Shown here: positions 18,356-27,666 of the stretch, in pieces
How positions within the stretch are numbered: position 1 is the stretch's first letter
Layout of the letters: the number at the start of each line of letters is the position of its first letter
Position numbers and translations under genes: made by a program
Source of the DNA: Candidatus Omnitrophota bacterium
GTDB taxonomy: Bacteria > Omnitrophota > Gorgyraeia > Gygaellales > Profunditerraquicolaceae
Assembly: GCA_028712505.1 (NCBI GenBank)
Contig: JAQTQC010000002.1
Coordinates: forward strand, 47,609 to 109,695
Reading direction: 5' to 3'
Length of the DNA stretch: 62,087 bases
The notes under the pieces: model-generated
The model's database searches: none
What the model was told of the DNA's origin: nothing
The model's input: only the letters and a program-made list of their open reading frames with translations

Positions 18356-21257
18356 CCGCATGGGGACAGATTTGATTGTAGGCGCAATAGGTACAAGCCT
18401 TATATTCGGGTTTAGCTGGATAACTCTGCTGGCGGATTCCCGCAGAAACCTCCAGGATATCTTCTTTTACATCGTCCAAGTCATCTTCAGCAAGCTCATA
18501 TCTTCCAATAATCCCTGACTCCAGAAAATATAACTCCACCGCAATCGGCAAAACCCCAAAGATATGCTGATATGCCAGGGCATAAAGCGCCAATTGTTTA
18601 CTTTCCTTAACCCGTTTATCCGCATCCTTCTGAGTCTTAATCGCTGAGGTCTTAAAATCCATGATTACCGCCCCGTCATTCTCCATATCTATACGGTCAA
18701 ATCTTCCGGTAATCTTATTGTCCCCGATTATGAAAGAAAACTTTTCTTCAATAGATTTAGGGATTGACGAACGGCTTTCTTCATCCTTATAGAATCTGGC
18801 TAAGGCCTCCCTGCCAATACGAAAACGCTCTTCTTGATGGCTGACATCAAGAAATCCCTGGGGATCAAAATTAGCCTCAAAGCAATCCAAGAGTTCATCC
18901 ACGGCAACTTTATCGCCGCTAAGCTTACGCATCAGGTACTGACTGACTGCTTCATGCATTGCCCGACCGTAGATAACCGTATGATGCTCCATGATCGGCA
19001 CACGCAGGATATTTACATATTTGTATTTTAAAGGGCAGGTAAGATAATCATCGATCTGGTAGTAACTTAAACTGACCAGCTTATCCTCCGGGATCATTTG
19101 GGGGGCGGATTTAGGAAACTCTTTTGCCGGAGCAAAACGCTTAATACTCTCGATGGCGGCGGTTTTTTTCTTTTCAGCACCTTCTCCGGGTTCTTTACCC
19201 AAAGCCTCAAGAACAAACTGGCTTACCTTACGCAACCGCTTGCCTCCATAATCTTCGGCGCTGGTAAAATATAACTCTTCTTTGGCCCGGGTCATCCCTA
19301 CATAAAAAAGCCGGCGTTCCTCCTGGACATGAAAATCTCCCGTAGGAAGGACCTCCTTGATCAAGGCATCGGGCAATTCAATTTGCTGGGAGCGCCTGGG
19401 AAGTGGAAACTTTCCCTGGACCAAACTGACCAAGAATACCACCCTGAATTCCAAACCCTTAGCCTTATGTATGGTTAAAATATTTACCGCATCCTGATCC
19501 AGGTCTGCCTCGACTGTCGGCGGATCATCCCCTGACTCAATAAGCAGGTTAAGATGCCGGATAAAACTGATTACCCTGTCCTCTTTAGCCACGAGTTCAA
19601 AATCGCGCACCTGGTTAAAAAACTTAGCGATATTCTGGATTTGAGCTTCTTTCTCCAGGCTGGGATTGTGTGTCAGATATTTCAGGTAACCTGTATCAGT
19701 AAGAAAGCTGTAAAGCAACCTGCCGGTTGTCTCATCACGAGAGACCTGTAAAAACTTTTGGATATCCGTAAGTACCCGGCTTATTTTCTCCCTTGTCTCA
19801 TCCTTTAACTGGCTCAGCTCCGGGATCTTCCCCAGATCGCTGAATACATCATAAAGCGTACGGTTTCTCCGGCGGCTGAAGTGATTACACAAGGTCAAAT
19901 CCGACAAATCAACTTTATAAATCTCAGAACTGACCAGGTAATACAAACTCAATGAATCCGCAAGATTAGCGATTACCCGCAAGAAGTTGATGCATAGTTT
20001 AACCTCTTCCCGGCTATATAACCCCTGGTTGCCGCTGAACTGCCAGGGGATATTCAACATATTCAATGACTGGATAAAGCCCTGAGCATCAGAATTAGAG
20101 CGCACAAGGATAGCAAAATCCCTGTATTTAAACTTACCTAAACTTACTTTTTCTTGTATAATCTTACCTACATTATCAGTTTCAGAAGAATGAGTATCAA
20201 AATGCAGATGTTCCGGTTTCAGACCTTCCTTAATCAAGCTAACAAGATGCTTATTAATCTTCGCTTTTATTTCAAAGCGCTCTGGATTATTATATTGGAT
20301 TAACTGATAAGAACTATCAAGAATAGGCTGGGTAGAACGGTAATTCTTAATCAGGGTGATCTTTTCTGCCTTAGGATATTCTTCGATAAAATTCAACACA
20401 TTGCTATAGGCAGCCCCGCGCCAGCGGTAAATACACTGGTCATCATCAGCAACTACGGTTATATTTTGAATCCCGCCGGCCAACAGTTTCACAATCTGGA
20501 ACTGCGCAAAATTCGTATCCTGAAATTCATCAACCAGGATATATTTAAACTGCTTCTGGTAATTCTTAAGGATCAAAGGATGCTCGCGCAACAACTGTAA
20601 ACCTAAATAAAATTGATTTCCAAAATCAACCAGCCCTTCGCGGGCAAGGAGCTCCTGGTATTTAACGTAAGCAGCTGCCACTTCCATCTGCTGTTCTGCC
20701 AACTCCAGGCCAGCCTCATCAAGCGGGTTAGCTTTAGCCTGAACCAGAAAATCCTGGGCATAGCTTAAATATTCCTTTGCCGAGATGTCCTCATCTTTTG
20801 CCCGGCTAAAAAAAGAAATTAGCGCCTCGATAAAACGCGTTGGTTCAGATAACGGCCGGTAATAATTAAGCGCAAACTCAAAAAGATGTTCCCGGAAGAA
20901 TACCGCGGCCTCTGACTGGGCAAGCACTTTAAAATCCGGGTTTAACCCGGCAACTAGAGCATTCTCGCGCAACAGGCGGTCGCCAAAGGCATGAAAAGTA
21001 GAAATCCAAATATCCGTATAACCATACGGCATCAGGATATCCACCCTCTCCTGCATTTCCTTAGCCGCCTTATCCGTAAAGGTAAGTGCTAGGATCTCAT
21101 CGGTCTTTGCCAAGCCCTGGTTGATCAACCAGGCAATACGCTGGGTAATCACCCGGGTTTTTCCTGTGCCCGCTCCGGCGATAATCAACAGCGGACCATC
21201 GCCATGTTTAACCGCCTGTATCTGCTCTTTATTCAACCCTTCTAAGACCTTATCCAC
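18345..21257 (-). CDS. UvrD/PcrA-type SF1 helicase fused to C-terminal PD-(D/E)XK (Cas4/AddB-like, Fe-S) nuclease
   Basis: Helicase motifs GAGTGKT and DEFQDT. The C-terminal part has CPLKYKY, DRIDM...DFKTS and QLALYALA, plus the Cys triad CTYCAYNQICP. Confidence 0.88.
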   Translation of the reverse strand: MDKVLEGLNKEQIQAVKHGDGPLLIIAGAGTGKTRVITQRIAWLINQGLAKTDEILALTFTDKAAKEMQERVDILMPYGYTDIWISTFHAFGDRLLRENALVAGLNPDFKVLAQSEAAVFFREHLFEFALNYYRPLSEPTRFIEALISFFSRAKDEDISAKEYLSYAQDFLVQAKANPLDEAGLELAEQQMEVAAAYVKYQELLAREGLVDFGNQFYLGLQLLREHPLILKNYQKQFKYILVDEFQDTNFAQFQIVKLLAGGIQNITVVADDDQCIYRWRGAAYSNVLNFIEEYPKAEKITLIKNYRSTQPILDSSYQLIQYNNPERFEIKAKINKHLVSLIKEGLKPEHLHFDTHSSETDNVGKIIQEKVSLGKFKYRDFAILVRSNSDAQGFIQSLNMLNIPWQFSGNQGLYSREEVKLCINFLRVIANLADSLSLYYLVSSEIYKVDLSDLTLCNHFSRRRNRTLYDVFSDLGKIPELSQLKDETREKISRVLTDIQKFLQVSRDETTGRLLYSFLTDTGYLKYLTHNPSLEKEAQIQNIAKFFNQVRDFELVAKEDRVISFIRHLNLLIESGDDPPTVEADLDQDAVNILTIHKAKGLEFRVVFLVSLVQGKFPLPRRSQQIELPDALIKEVLPTGDFHVQEERRLFYVGMTRAKEELYFTSAEDYGGKRLRKVSQFVLEALGKEPGEGAEKKKTAAIESIKRFAPAKEFPKSAPQMIPEDKLVSLSYYQIDDYLTCPLKYKYVNILRVPIMEHHTVIYGRAMHEAVSQYLMRKLSGDKVAVDELLDCFEANFDPQGFLDVSHQEERFRIGREALARFYKDEESRSSIPKSIEEKFSFIIGDNKITGRFDRIDMENDGAVIMDFKTSAIKTQKDADKRVKESKQLALYALAYQHIFGVLPIAVELYFLESGIIGRYELAEDDLDDVKEDILEVSAGIRQQSYPAKPEYKACTYCAYNQICPHAVIR

Positions 21258-21263
21258 GATAAT

Positions 21264-22304
21264 TTAATCCTTATTGATCGCGCGAATCATTTCGCAGAGC
21301 CTGCCGTAACTACGCATATTGAAATTTAACGCCAGCCGCGGCAAATTCAGGAACTCCCCTTCCTGGATTTCTTTTACCGTAGGAGGAGAAATCGTTATTT
21401 GTCCGCTGACCAAGATATCCTTAAATCGATCATTCAAGAGTTTCAATGTTTTCTTAGAAATTTCCCTGTTCAACCTTAAAACAGCCATGCCGGAAACATA
21501 TCTTATCGAATGATATACCTTATAAAAATCTTCTATATATTTAACTGCCGCATCAACAGATTTTACGATACGAATAAGGTTAAGATCGTCTTTATTGATA
21601 AACCCTTTTTTAACCAGCTGATTCTTCACAAAATGCATCCAGGTAGCCCAATAGCTTGAGCCTTTTGGCTCCATCAAGACTATCGGCCGGGGCCGGGATT
21701 TCCCGGTTTGGACCAGGGTGACCATCTCGAACCCTTCATCAAGAGTGCCAAAACCTCCAGGAAAAAGTGCAGTAGCGTCAGTCTCTTTTACAAAAACAAG
21801 CTTTCTGGTGAAAAAATATTTAAAGTTTATCAATTTTTCTTTTTCATCAATATACGGGTTTGGTTTCTGCTCAAAAGGCAGCCGGATATTTAAGGCAAAA
21901 TCCTTACCAGCTCCGGCTCCCTTATTACCCGCCTCCATGACGCCCGGCCCGCCTCCAGTCACAATCATATAACCTTTTTCCGAGAGTCTGCGCGAAAAAT
22001 CTTCAGCCATTTTATATTCAGCTGACTTAACCTTTGACCTGGCTGAGCCAAAGATAATCACCTTTTTGACACCCCTGTAGGGAGAAAATATCTTAAAAGA
22101 ATAACGCAGTTCCTTAAGCGCATTATTCACGAGCTTAAGATCACCCTTGTCATCAGATTCTTTCCCTAACTTGACAGTAGTGGTAAGTATCTCACCCAGT
22201 AAGTTCTCGGTCTGCGCAGATCCGGTTTTTTTGACTAATTCACTTATCAGGTTATCTATGGCCGGATCACCAACTTCATAACTTCTTGTAGTCTTTTCCA
22301 TCAT
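21264..22304 (-). CDS. LOG/TIGR00730-family nucleotide 5'-monophosphate nucleosidase-like protein with N- and C-terminal extensions
   Basis: Carries the LOG family signatures GGGPGVMEAGNKGA and PGGFGTLDE. Confidence 0.8.
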   Translation of the reverse strand: MMEKTTRSYEVGDPAIDNLISELVKKTGSAQTENLLGEILTTTVKLGKESDDKGDLKLVNNALKELRYSFKIFSPYRGVKKVIIFGSARSKVKSAEYKMAEDFSRRLSEKGYMIVTGGGPGVMEAGNKGAGAGKDFALNIRLPFEQKPNPYIDEKEKLINFKYFFTRKLVFVKETDATALFPGGFGTLDEGFEMVTLVQTGKSRPRPIVLMEPKGSSYWATWMHFVKNQLVKKGFINKDDLNLIRIVKSVDAAVKYIEDFYKVYHSIRYVSGMAVLRLNREISKKTLKLLNDRFKDILVSGQITISPPTVKEIQEGEFLNLPRLALNFNMRSYGRLCEMIRAINKD

Positions 22305-22639
22305 TTAATAAACCCCAATTTACGCAGTTCCACTTCAGCCGGTTTCCGGAAATCCCCCTGCAATTCGATAGCATAATCTTTTACCGATCCGCCTGTACCA
22401 AAACGCTGTTTTAATCTTCTGGCTAGATCCAAGAGCCCGGATTCACTTAAAGCCAAACCGCAAATAACCGTCATCCCTTTACCTTTACGGCCTTTCTCAT
22501 AAGACAAGCGCACAATTCCGTCAGTATCCGGAACAGCTGTTTTCTTCACATCAGCGCACACGCAACGATCTACCGCTTGAGCGCACCCGGGACAAACCGA
22601 ACCTAATGAAGTTGAATAAATCAATTTAGAATCTGACAT
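22301..22639 (-). CDS. yciH: SUI1/eIF1-family translation factor (YciH)
   Basis: About 110 aa with an N-terminal Cys cluster and a SUI1 fold sequence (GRKGKGMTVI..., IELQGD). Confidence 0.85.
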   Translation of the reverse strand: MSDSKLIYSTSLGSVCPGCAQAVDRCVCADVKKTAVPDTDGIVRLSYEKGRKGKGMTVICGLALSESGLLDLARRLKQRFGTGGSVKDYAIELQGDFRKPAEVELRKLGFIK

Positions 22640-22640
22640 A

Positions 22641-25391
22641 TCACATCCCCCTACCAGAAGCCTTCTTCAAATCATTAATCAAGTTGACGGGAACTTTATA
22701 ACCTAATTCCTCCGCTTTATGCACATCTTTCCAACTTTTATCATAGTCTTTCTTCAAAAGATAAGTAACCCCCCGGTTGCAATAAGCCTTGGCATATTCA
22801 GGATTAATTTCTATAGCCTTGCTGAAATCGGCAATAGCCAAATCCGGTTCGTCTTTATCATAATAAACACTTCCCCGGTTATAATAGCCCCTGAAAGAGG
22901 CAGGATTAATTTCTATGGCCTTACTGAAGTCGGCAATAGCTAATTCCAGCTTGCCTTTGACATGATAAGCAACTCCCCGGCTATTATAAGCCTCAACGTC
23001 TTTGGTATTATATTCTATGGCCTTACTATAATTAGCAATAGCTAACGTGAGATCATCTTTATCATAGTAGGCACTTCCCCGGTTATAATAGGCCCGGGAA
23101 TATGCAGGATTGATTTCTATAGCCTTACTGAAGTCGGCAATAGCTAATTCCAGTTTACCCCTGATACGATGGATGATCCCCCGGTTATTATAAGCCTCGG
23201 CATCTTTAGGGTTGATTTCAATTGCCTTGCTGAAATCAGGCAAAGCTTGTTCAAGATTACCTTTTTTATGGCAAGCGATCCCCCGATTGTTATAAGCCTC
23301 GGCATATTTAGGATTATTTTCAATAGCCTGGCTGTAGTCAGAGATAGCCTGCTCCAGGTTACCCTTTTTATAATAAGCGATCCCCCGATTGTTGTAAGCC
23401 TCGGCATATTTAGGATTATTTTCAATAGCCTGGCTGTAGTCAGAGATAGCCTGCTCCAGGTTACCCTTTTTATAATAAGCGATCCCCCGATTGTTGTAAG
23501 CCTCGGCATATTTAGGATCGATCTCAATAGACTTGCTGAAATCAGCAATGGCTAAACCAGACTCACCTTTATCATAATAGGCATTCCCCCGGTTGTTGTA
23601 AGCCTCGGCATATTCAGGGTCGATCTCGATAACCTTGCTGAAATCAGGAATAGCTGAATCCGGATTATCTTTATCATAATAGGCGATTCCCCGGTCGTAA
23701 TATGCTTTAAGACACATAGGATCAATTTCGATAACCCGGCTGTAATCAGAAATAGCCTGTTCCAGATCACCTTTTACATAATAAGCATTACCCCGGTTGT
23801 AATATGCGCCAGAATGGGCCGGGTCCATTGATATAACCTTATTGTAATCAGAGATAGCCTGGATAAGATTACCCTTACCCTGATAAAAAACTCCCCGCTT
23901 ATAATAAGCATTAATATATACAGGATTGATTTCAATGGCTTTGCTGTAATCAGAAATAGCCTGTTCAAGATTTCCTTTATCGTAATAGGCATTCCCCCGG
24001 TTGTAATATGCATCTGGATACTCCGGATTGATTGATATAGCCTTATCATAACAGGCAATCCCGCTTTCATGTTTACCAAAAGAATATAAAGCCAAACCCT
24101 TATTCAGGATTTCCGCAGCCTCTGATTTTAATCCTTCGAGCGGAATTATTTTCTTACCGGTTTCTTTTAAAGACAAGGCATCTAAATCTGATCTCATCGC
24201 CGCAAAACTCGCATATCTTTTAGCGGGATCTTTTTCTAAACATCTGGCAATAATAGCAGAAAATGGGGAATCAAGACTGGGAACCGCCCCCTCTTTATGC
24301 ACCTTCTCGTATTCCAGCGGATCCCTGCCGGTAAAAGGCAATACCCCGGAAGATACCATTTGATAGAGGACAATCCCGAAAGAATAAATATCGCTTACCT
24401 GATCCATCTGGCCATCAAACTGCTCCGGAGCCATATAGGGCAGAGTTCCGCTGATTACCCCCCCTGCCTTGCCTTTAAAGATGCTCAAATCCGACTTTTC
24501 GTTTTCCGGAAGGCATTCCTTGAATTCAATTTTCTGCAACAATTGTGTTTCCCCAAAATCAGTTATCTTTACATTCTTATCCGGGGTAATCATAATATTG
24601 CCCGGTTTTATGTTACCATGGGCTTTAAAATCTTTGGCATAAACATACTCCATACCATAACAAAATTCTATGGAGTATTTGAGAATTTCCAAGGTAGTTA
24701 AATTATTCAGGTAATGGCTTAGGGCATTCTTTCCATTTTCATCCGGTGCTATATAATCAAAAACAAGAAAAGGATAATCTTCTATCCGGATAACTAGATA
24801 GGCACTGACAATATGAGGATGCTTGCCTAATCCTATCCAGGTAAGCGCTTCTTTTTCAAAAAAAGCCTGGCTTTGAGAAGAAGCCAAATATCCCCTCTGA
24901 AAAGTCTTTAATACACAAGGGGCCCTGGTTATATTATCATAACAGACACAGGCAACCCCTACACCTCCTTTTAGTATACGGAATACCTCATAACGCCCAT
25001 ATATGGAATCACCGGGTTTTATTGGTATAGTTGAATCCAAGACATTGGCTTCTTCCTGGACTGGACCGGCCAAAGGATCCTTGATTGAGATAAGCAGCTT
25101 CGTATTCCCTAACCCTAAGATATCCTTATCTTTTAGTTCTTTTTTACCGCGAAAAGGGAGATCATTTAAGAGTGTGCCATTTGTACTGTTTAAATCTTCG
25201 ACAAAACAAAGATTGTCCTTACGGTAGATTGTCGCGTGCCTTCTCGAACAATAATCATCATATGTGATTTGGATAGCCGCCTCATCGCTCCTGCCTATCA
25301 ACAAAGGCGGGAAACCCGCCTTAACAGGAAACTCCCGGCCTTTCAATGGCCCGGTTAATATTGCAACGCTGATAATCTTTACTGAGTTCAT
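22641..25391 (-). CDS. FHA domain / Ser-Thr kinase-like domain / long TPR array protein
   Basis: FHA domain (LLIGRS...RRHATI...STNGT). The kinase fold has VLK, DFG, APE and DIYSFG, but the HRD box reads HGN. At least 14 34-residue TPR units follow. Confidence 0.9.
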   Translation of the reverse strand: MNSVKIISVAILTGPLKGREFPVKAGFPPLLIGRSDEAAIQITYDDYCSRRHATIYRKDNLCFVEDLNSTNGTLLNDLPFRGKKELKDKDILGLGNTKLLISIKDPLAGPVQEEANVLDSTIPIKPGDSIYGRYEVFRILKGGVGVACVCYDNITRAPCVLKTFQRGYLASSQSQAFFEKEALTWIGLGKHPHIVSAYLVIRIEDYPFLVFDYIAPDENGKNALSHYLNNLTTLEILKYSIEFCYGMEYVYAKDFKAHGNIKPGNIMITPDKNVKITDFGETQLLQKIEFKECLPENEKSDLSIFKGKAGGVISGTLPYMAPEQFDGQMDQVSDIYSFGIVLYQMVSSGVLPFTGRDPLEYEKVHKEGAVPSLDSPFSAIIARCLEKDPAKRYASFAAMRSDLDALSLKETGKKIIPLEGLKSEAAEILNKGLALYSFGKHESGIACYDKAISINPEYPDAYYNRGNAYYDKGNLEQAISDYSKAIEINPVYINAYYKRGVFYQGKGNLIQAISDYNKVISMDPAHSGAYYNRGNAYYVKGDLEQAISDYSRVIEIDPMCLKAYYDRGIAYYDKDNPDSAIPDFSKVIEIDPEYAEAYNNRGNAYYDKGESGLAIADFSKSIEIDPKYAEAYNNRGIAYYKKGNLEQAISDYSQAIENNPKYAEAYNNRGIAYYKKGNLEQAISDYSQAIENNPKYAEAYNNRGIACHKKGNLEQALPDFSKAIEINPKDAEAYNNRGIIHRIRGKLELAIADFSKAIEINPAYSRAYYNRGSAYYDKDDLTLAIANYSKAIEYNTKDVEAYNSRGVAYHVKGKLELAIADFSKAIEINPASFRGYYNRGSVYYDKDEPDLAIADFSKAIEINPEYAKAYCNRGVTYLLKKDYDKSWKDVHKAEELGYKVPVNLINDLKKASGRGM
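23281..23518 (-). repeat. near-identical 102-bp tandem repeats (TPR units) inside the coding sequence
   Basis: Units 23281-23382 and 23383-23484 differ at one synonymous position. A third unit is identical for about the first 34 nt. Both full units encode the identical peptide NLEQAISDYSQAIENNPKYAEAYNNRGIAYYKKG. Confidence 0.95.
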
Positions 25392-25392
25392 T

Positions 25393-25938
25393 TTATTCCT
25401 TTAAGAAGCTGTTCAACAGGCTCCAGATTATTGCGATCAAGGTTATAATTATCGGGATTAAACAAGTTCCCATATGTTTAACCGACGACTTTTTATTCAA
25501 AGTTATCTCTATAAGACGGCCTTTATGAATAGCATAAGCCCAGTGGATATAGAGAAGCAAAAATACAATCAGGACATTAAACTCAAAAAGGATCGCCGGA
25601 ACAGAAAAATAAGGATGGTTCCCCAGAAGCATGGTTGAGAAAGGTATCAAGCAGAGGAACATAAGCCAGACAATGTTTATGGATACAAGCACCGGATCGA
25701 TGTACTTTATAAAATGAAACTGCCAATGGTGCTCAAACCACAAAATTCCTAAAATTAAGAAACTCGCCATAAAAGCGATGAAATCCTCGCTAAGGACTGA
25801 AAAAAGTTTACAGAAATCACCGTTCTTTGCGGGATTCGAGAAGCTGAACACCTCGCTTAAACTGACTATCATAATAGTCATGACGATGGCAAAAATCCCG
25901 TCCACCAATGCTTCCATACGGCTGGCTTTTAATTTCAT
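25393..25938 (-). CDS. TMEM175-family (DUF1211) potassium channel
   Basis: Has an N-terminal RMEALVDGIFAIVMTIMIV signature (RxxxFSDGVFAI-like) and six hydrophobic helices. Confidence 0.75.
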   Translation of the reverse strand: MKLKASRMEALVDGIFAIVMTIMIVSLSEVFSFSNPAKNGDFCKLFSVLSEDFIAFMASFLILGILWFEHHWQFHFIKYIDPVLVSINIVWLMFLCLIPFSTMLLGNHPYFSVPAILFEFNVLIVFLLLYIHWAYAIHKGRLIEITLNKKSSVKHMGTCLIPIIITLIAIIWSLLNSFLKE

Positions 25939-26002
25939 CCCGGGTTCCTTTCAAAAATAACCTCAATTCCCAGTTTTCATATCTATTTTATCACAAATTT
26001 CA

Positions 26003-26042
26003 AGATTATGGGTAAACAAAAAGGGCTGGACTTTAAAGAAAA
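26003..26042 (-). terminator. intrinsic terminator
   Basis: A 9-bp stem AAGGGCTGG/CCAGCCCTT with a 15-nt loop, followed on the minus strand by TTTGTTT. It lies downstream of the 84-aa membrane protein gene. Confidence 0.65.
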
Positions 26043-26071
26043 GCCCAGCCCTTGTATTCTTAAAGATTTTA

Positions 26072-26326
26072 CTACTTAGAGAACTTATTATATAGTTTAG
26101 CCAGGATAAACCCCCATATTCCGGCACTCACAAAACCCCAGATGCCCAAAATAATGCTGCCTAAAATTGTCGGGGTATACCCCAGATAAACGCTTGCCGC
26201 CACCTCTCCCCAGGCATCGCACCAGGTAGAAGCTGTGTCGATCAACCCCAAGATTAACATTGCACTACCCCAAAGAACGCCACAAGCCAACCCAAAAGCC
26301 CTTGCATTTATCTTACTCATTGTCAC
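26072..26326 (-). CDS. small hypothetical membrane protein (Gly/Trp-rich TM helices)
   Basis: 84 aa with three hydrophobic segments. A terminator follows it. Confidence 0.55.
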   Translation of the reverse strand: MTMSKINARAFGLACGVLWGSAMLILGLIDTASTWCDAWGEVAASVYLGYTPTILGSIILGIWGFVSAGIWGFILAKLYNKFSK

Positions 26327-26363
26327 CTCCTGTATTCACAGTGTAGATATCTGTAAAAGCAGT

Positions 26364-26561
26364 CTATTGGTCTAAATGCTTAGACTGCTGGACTTCCTGC
26401 TTAAGATCCGGCTGGCTGATCTCTTCCATGACAGTTGTTTTCACTATTTTCCCTTCCCCGTCTTTTTCAACCGTCACCACCTTATGATACGCTGTCGGAG
26501 TAGAACAACCTGCAATAAAAATAACTCCGATCAATAATGCTATGAGTTTCTTCATCGCCAC
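26364..26561 (-). CDS. small lipoprotein
   Basis: The signal peptide MAMKKLIALLIGVIFIAGC carries an IAGC lipobox. AAGGAGGTGG precedes the ATG. Confidence 0.65.
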   Translation of the reverse strand: MAMKKLIALLIGVIFIAGCSTPTAYHKVVTVEKDGEGKIVKTTVMEEISQPDLKQEVQQSKHLDQ

Positions 26562-26640
26562 CTCCTTTTATGGATATATTATCTACTTTTCATTGTAGAA
26601 TTGCAAGCAATTTATGCCCAGAGAAAACTCTCTTCTCCGG

Positions 26641-27564
26641 TTACAGCTGCTCGAAATACCTATAAGTATATAATGAAACCTTTCCGATAAACTTTTTGGA
26701 ACGAAGGCTATTGGGATTTGAATGCCTGGTTAATACGCAAATAAGGAAATTTCCCTTACAGGTAAAAACTATTCCCGCATCATGGCAGACACCATTTTCA
26801 AGTCCGGTCTTATGAGCAACCATCACCTCAGCCGGCAAATATCTCGGGATCCGGTCATTGGTATGCGTTAACTTCATTATCCCGATACACTGGTCCGAAA
26901 CACGCTTGCTCCCCAGCCTCCTTCTATATATCTGCTCCAACAATGAAGCCATATCTTCAGCTGTTGTATAATTTTCAATCCCTTTATCACGCAGACGATA
27001 ATCAGCTATCTTCCTGGACAAATCCGTATTCTTCAACCCAAAGCTCTTAAATGCGCTATTCAAGTAGTCAATGCCGAGAAGATCCGTAATGATATTGGCA
27101 GCGGTATTGTCACTGTCATAGATCATCAGACCGACGAGTTTTTCTACGCTAAAAACAGAACCCGCGGGTAAATCTTTCAAAACCCCTGAACCACCAAGTT
27201 TATCGCTTGATTTAAGCGAAATATCCTGGTCAAGTTTAACTTTCCTCTGGTCTGCCGCAACAAAACATGCCGCCATAACCGGAATCTTCGCTAAACTTGC
27301 AGACGGAAATAACCTATCCTTTCCATGCGAGAATTCCAAACCGGTATCCAGATCTTTGATCACTATGCCTACTTCACCTTTGAACCGGCTTATCTCACTT
27401 TTAACAAGTTGTTCCAGCCTCTGCCAATCTGCCTCCCTCGCCTTGTACAGAATCCAACGCTGTTGGGCCCTCCATACTCCGGAGAAAGATTTCAGCCCGG
27501 CATACAAACCTAAACATAATATACAAATTACCAGAATAAATACGATTATCTTCTTTGTTTTCAT
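26641..27564 (-). CDS. class A beta-lactamase-related serine hydrolase, exported
   Basis: The SxxK (SLAK), SDN (YDSDNTA) and KTG (HKTG) triad is in the correct order, after an N-terminal transmembrane/signal segment. The start is set at the internal ATG at 27564. Confidence 0.75.
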   Translation of the reverse strand: MKTKKIIVFILVICILCLGLYAGLKSFSGVWRAQQRWILYKAREADWQRLEQLVKSEISRFKGEVGIVIKDLDTGLEFSHGKDRLFPSASLAKIPVMAACFVAADQRKVKLDQDISLKSSDKLGGSGVLKDLPAGSVFSVEKLVGLMIYDSDNTAANIITDLLGIDYLNSAFKSFGLKNTDLSRKIADYRLRDKGIENYTTAEDMASLLEQIYRRRLGSKRVSDQCIGIMKLTHTNDRIPRYLPAEVMVAHKTGLENGVCHDAGIVFTCKGNFLICVLTRHSNPNSLRSKKFIGKVSLYTYRYFEQL

Positions 27565-27666
27565 TTTTCCTTTGCAACTCCTCCGGGTTCCTTTAGTTTT
27601 CCTATTAGAGATTAACAAAGATGCGCGACATCCTCAGAATGATACGGAAGGGAAAATCTCCATCGG

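Noticed and set aside
23144-23770. Several 70-134-aa ORFs on both strands within the TPR region, and a CRISPR-like regular periodicity
   Set aside because: The 102-bp periodicity is exactly 34 codons and in frame with the long TPR protein. There are no unique spacers, so this is not a CRISPR array. The alternative-frame ORFs are repeat artefacts.
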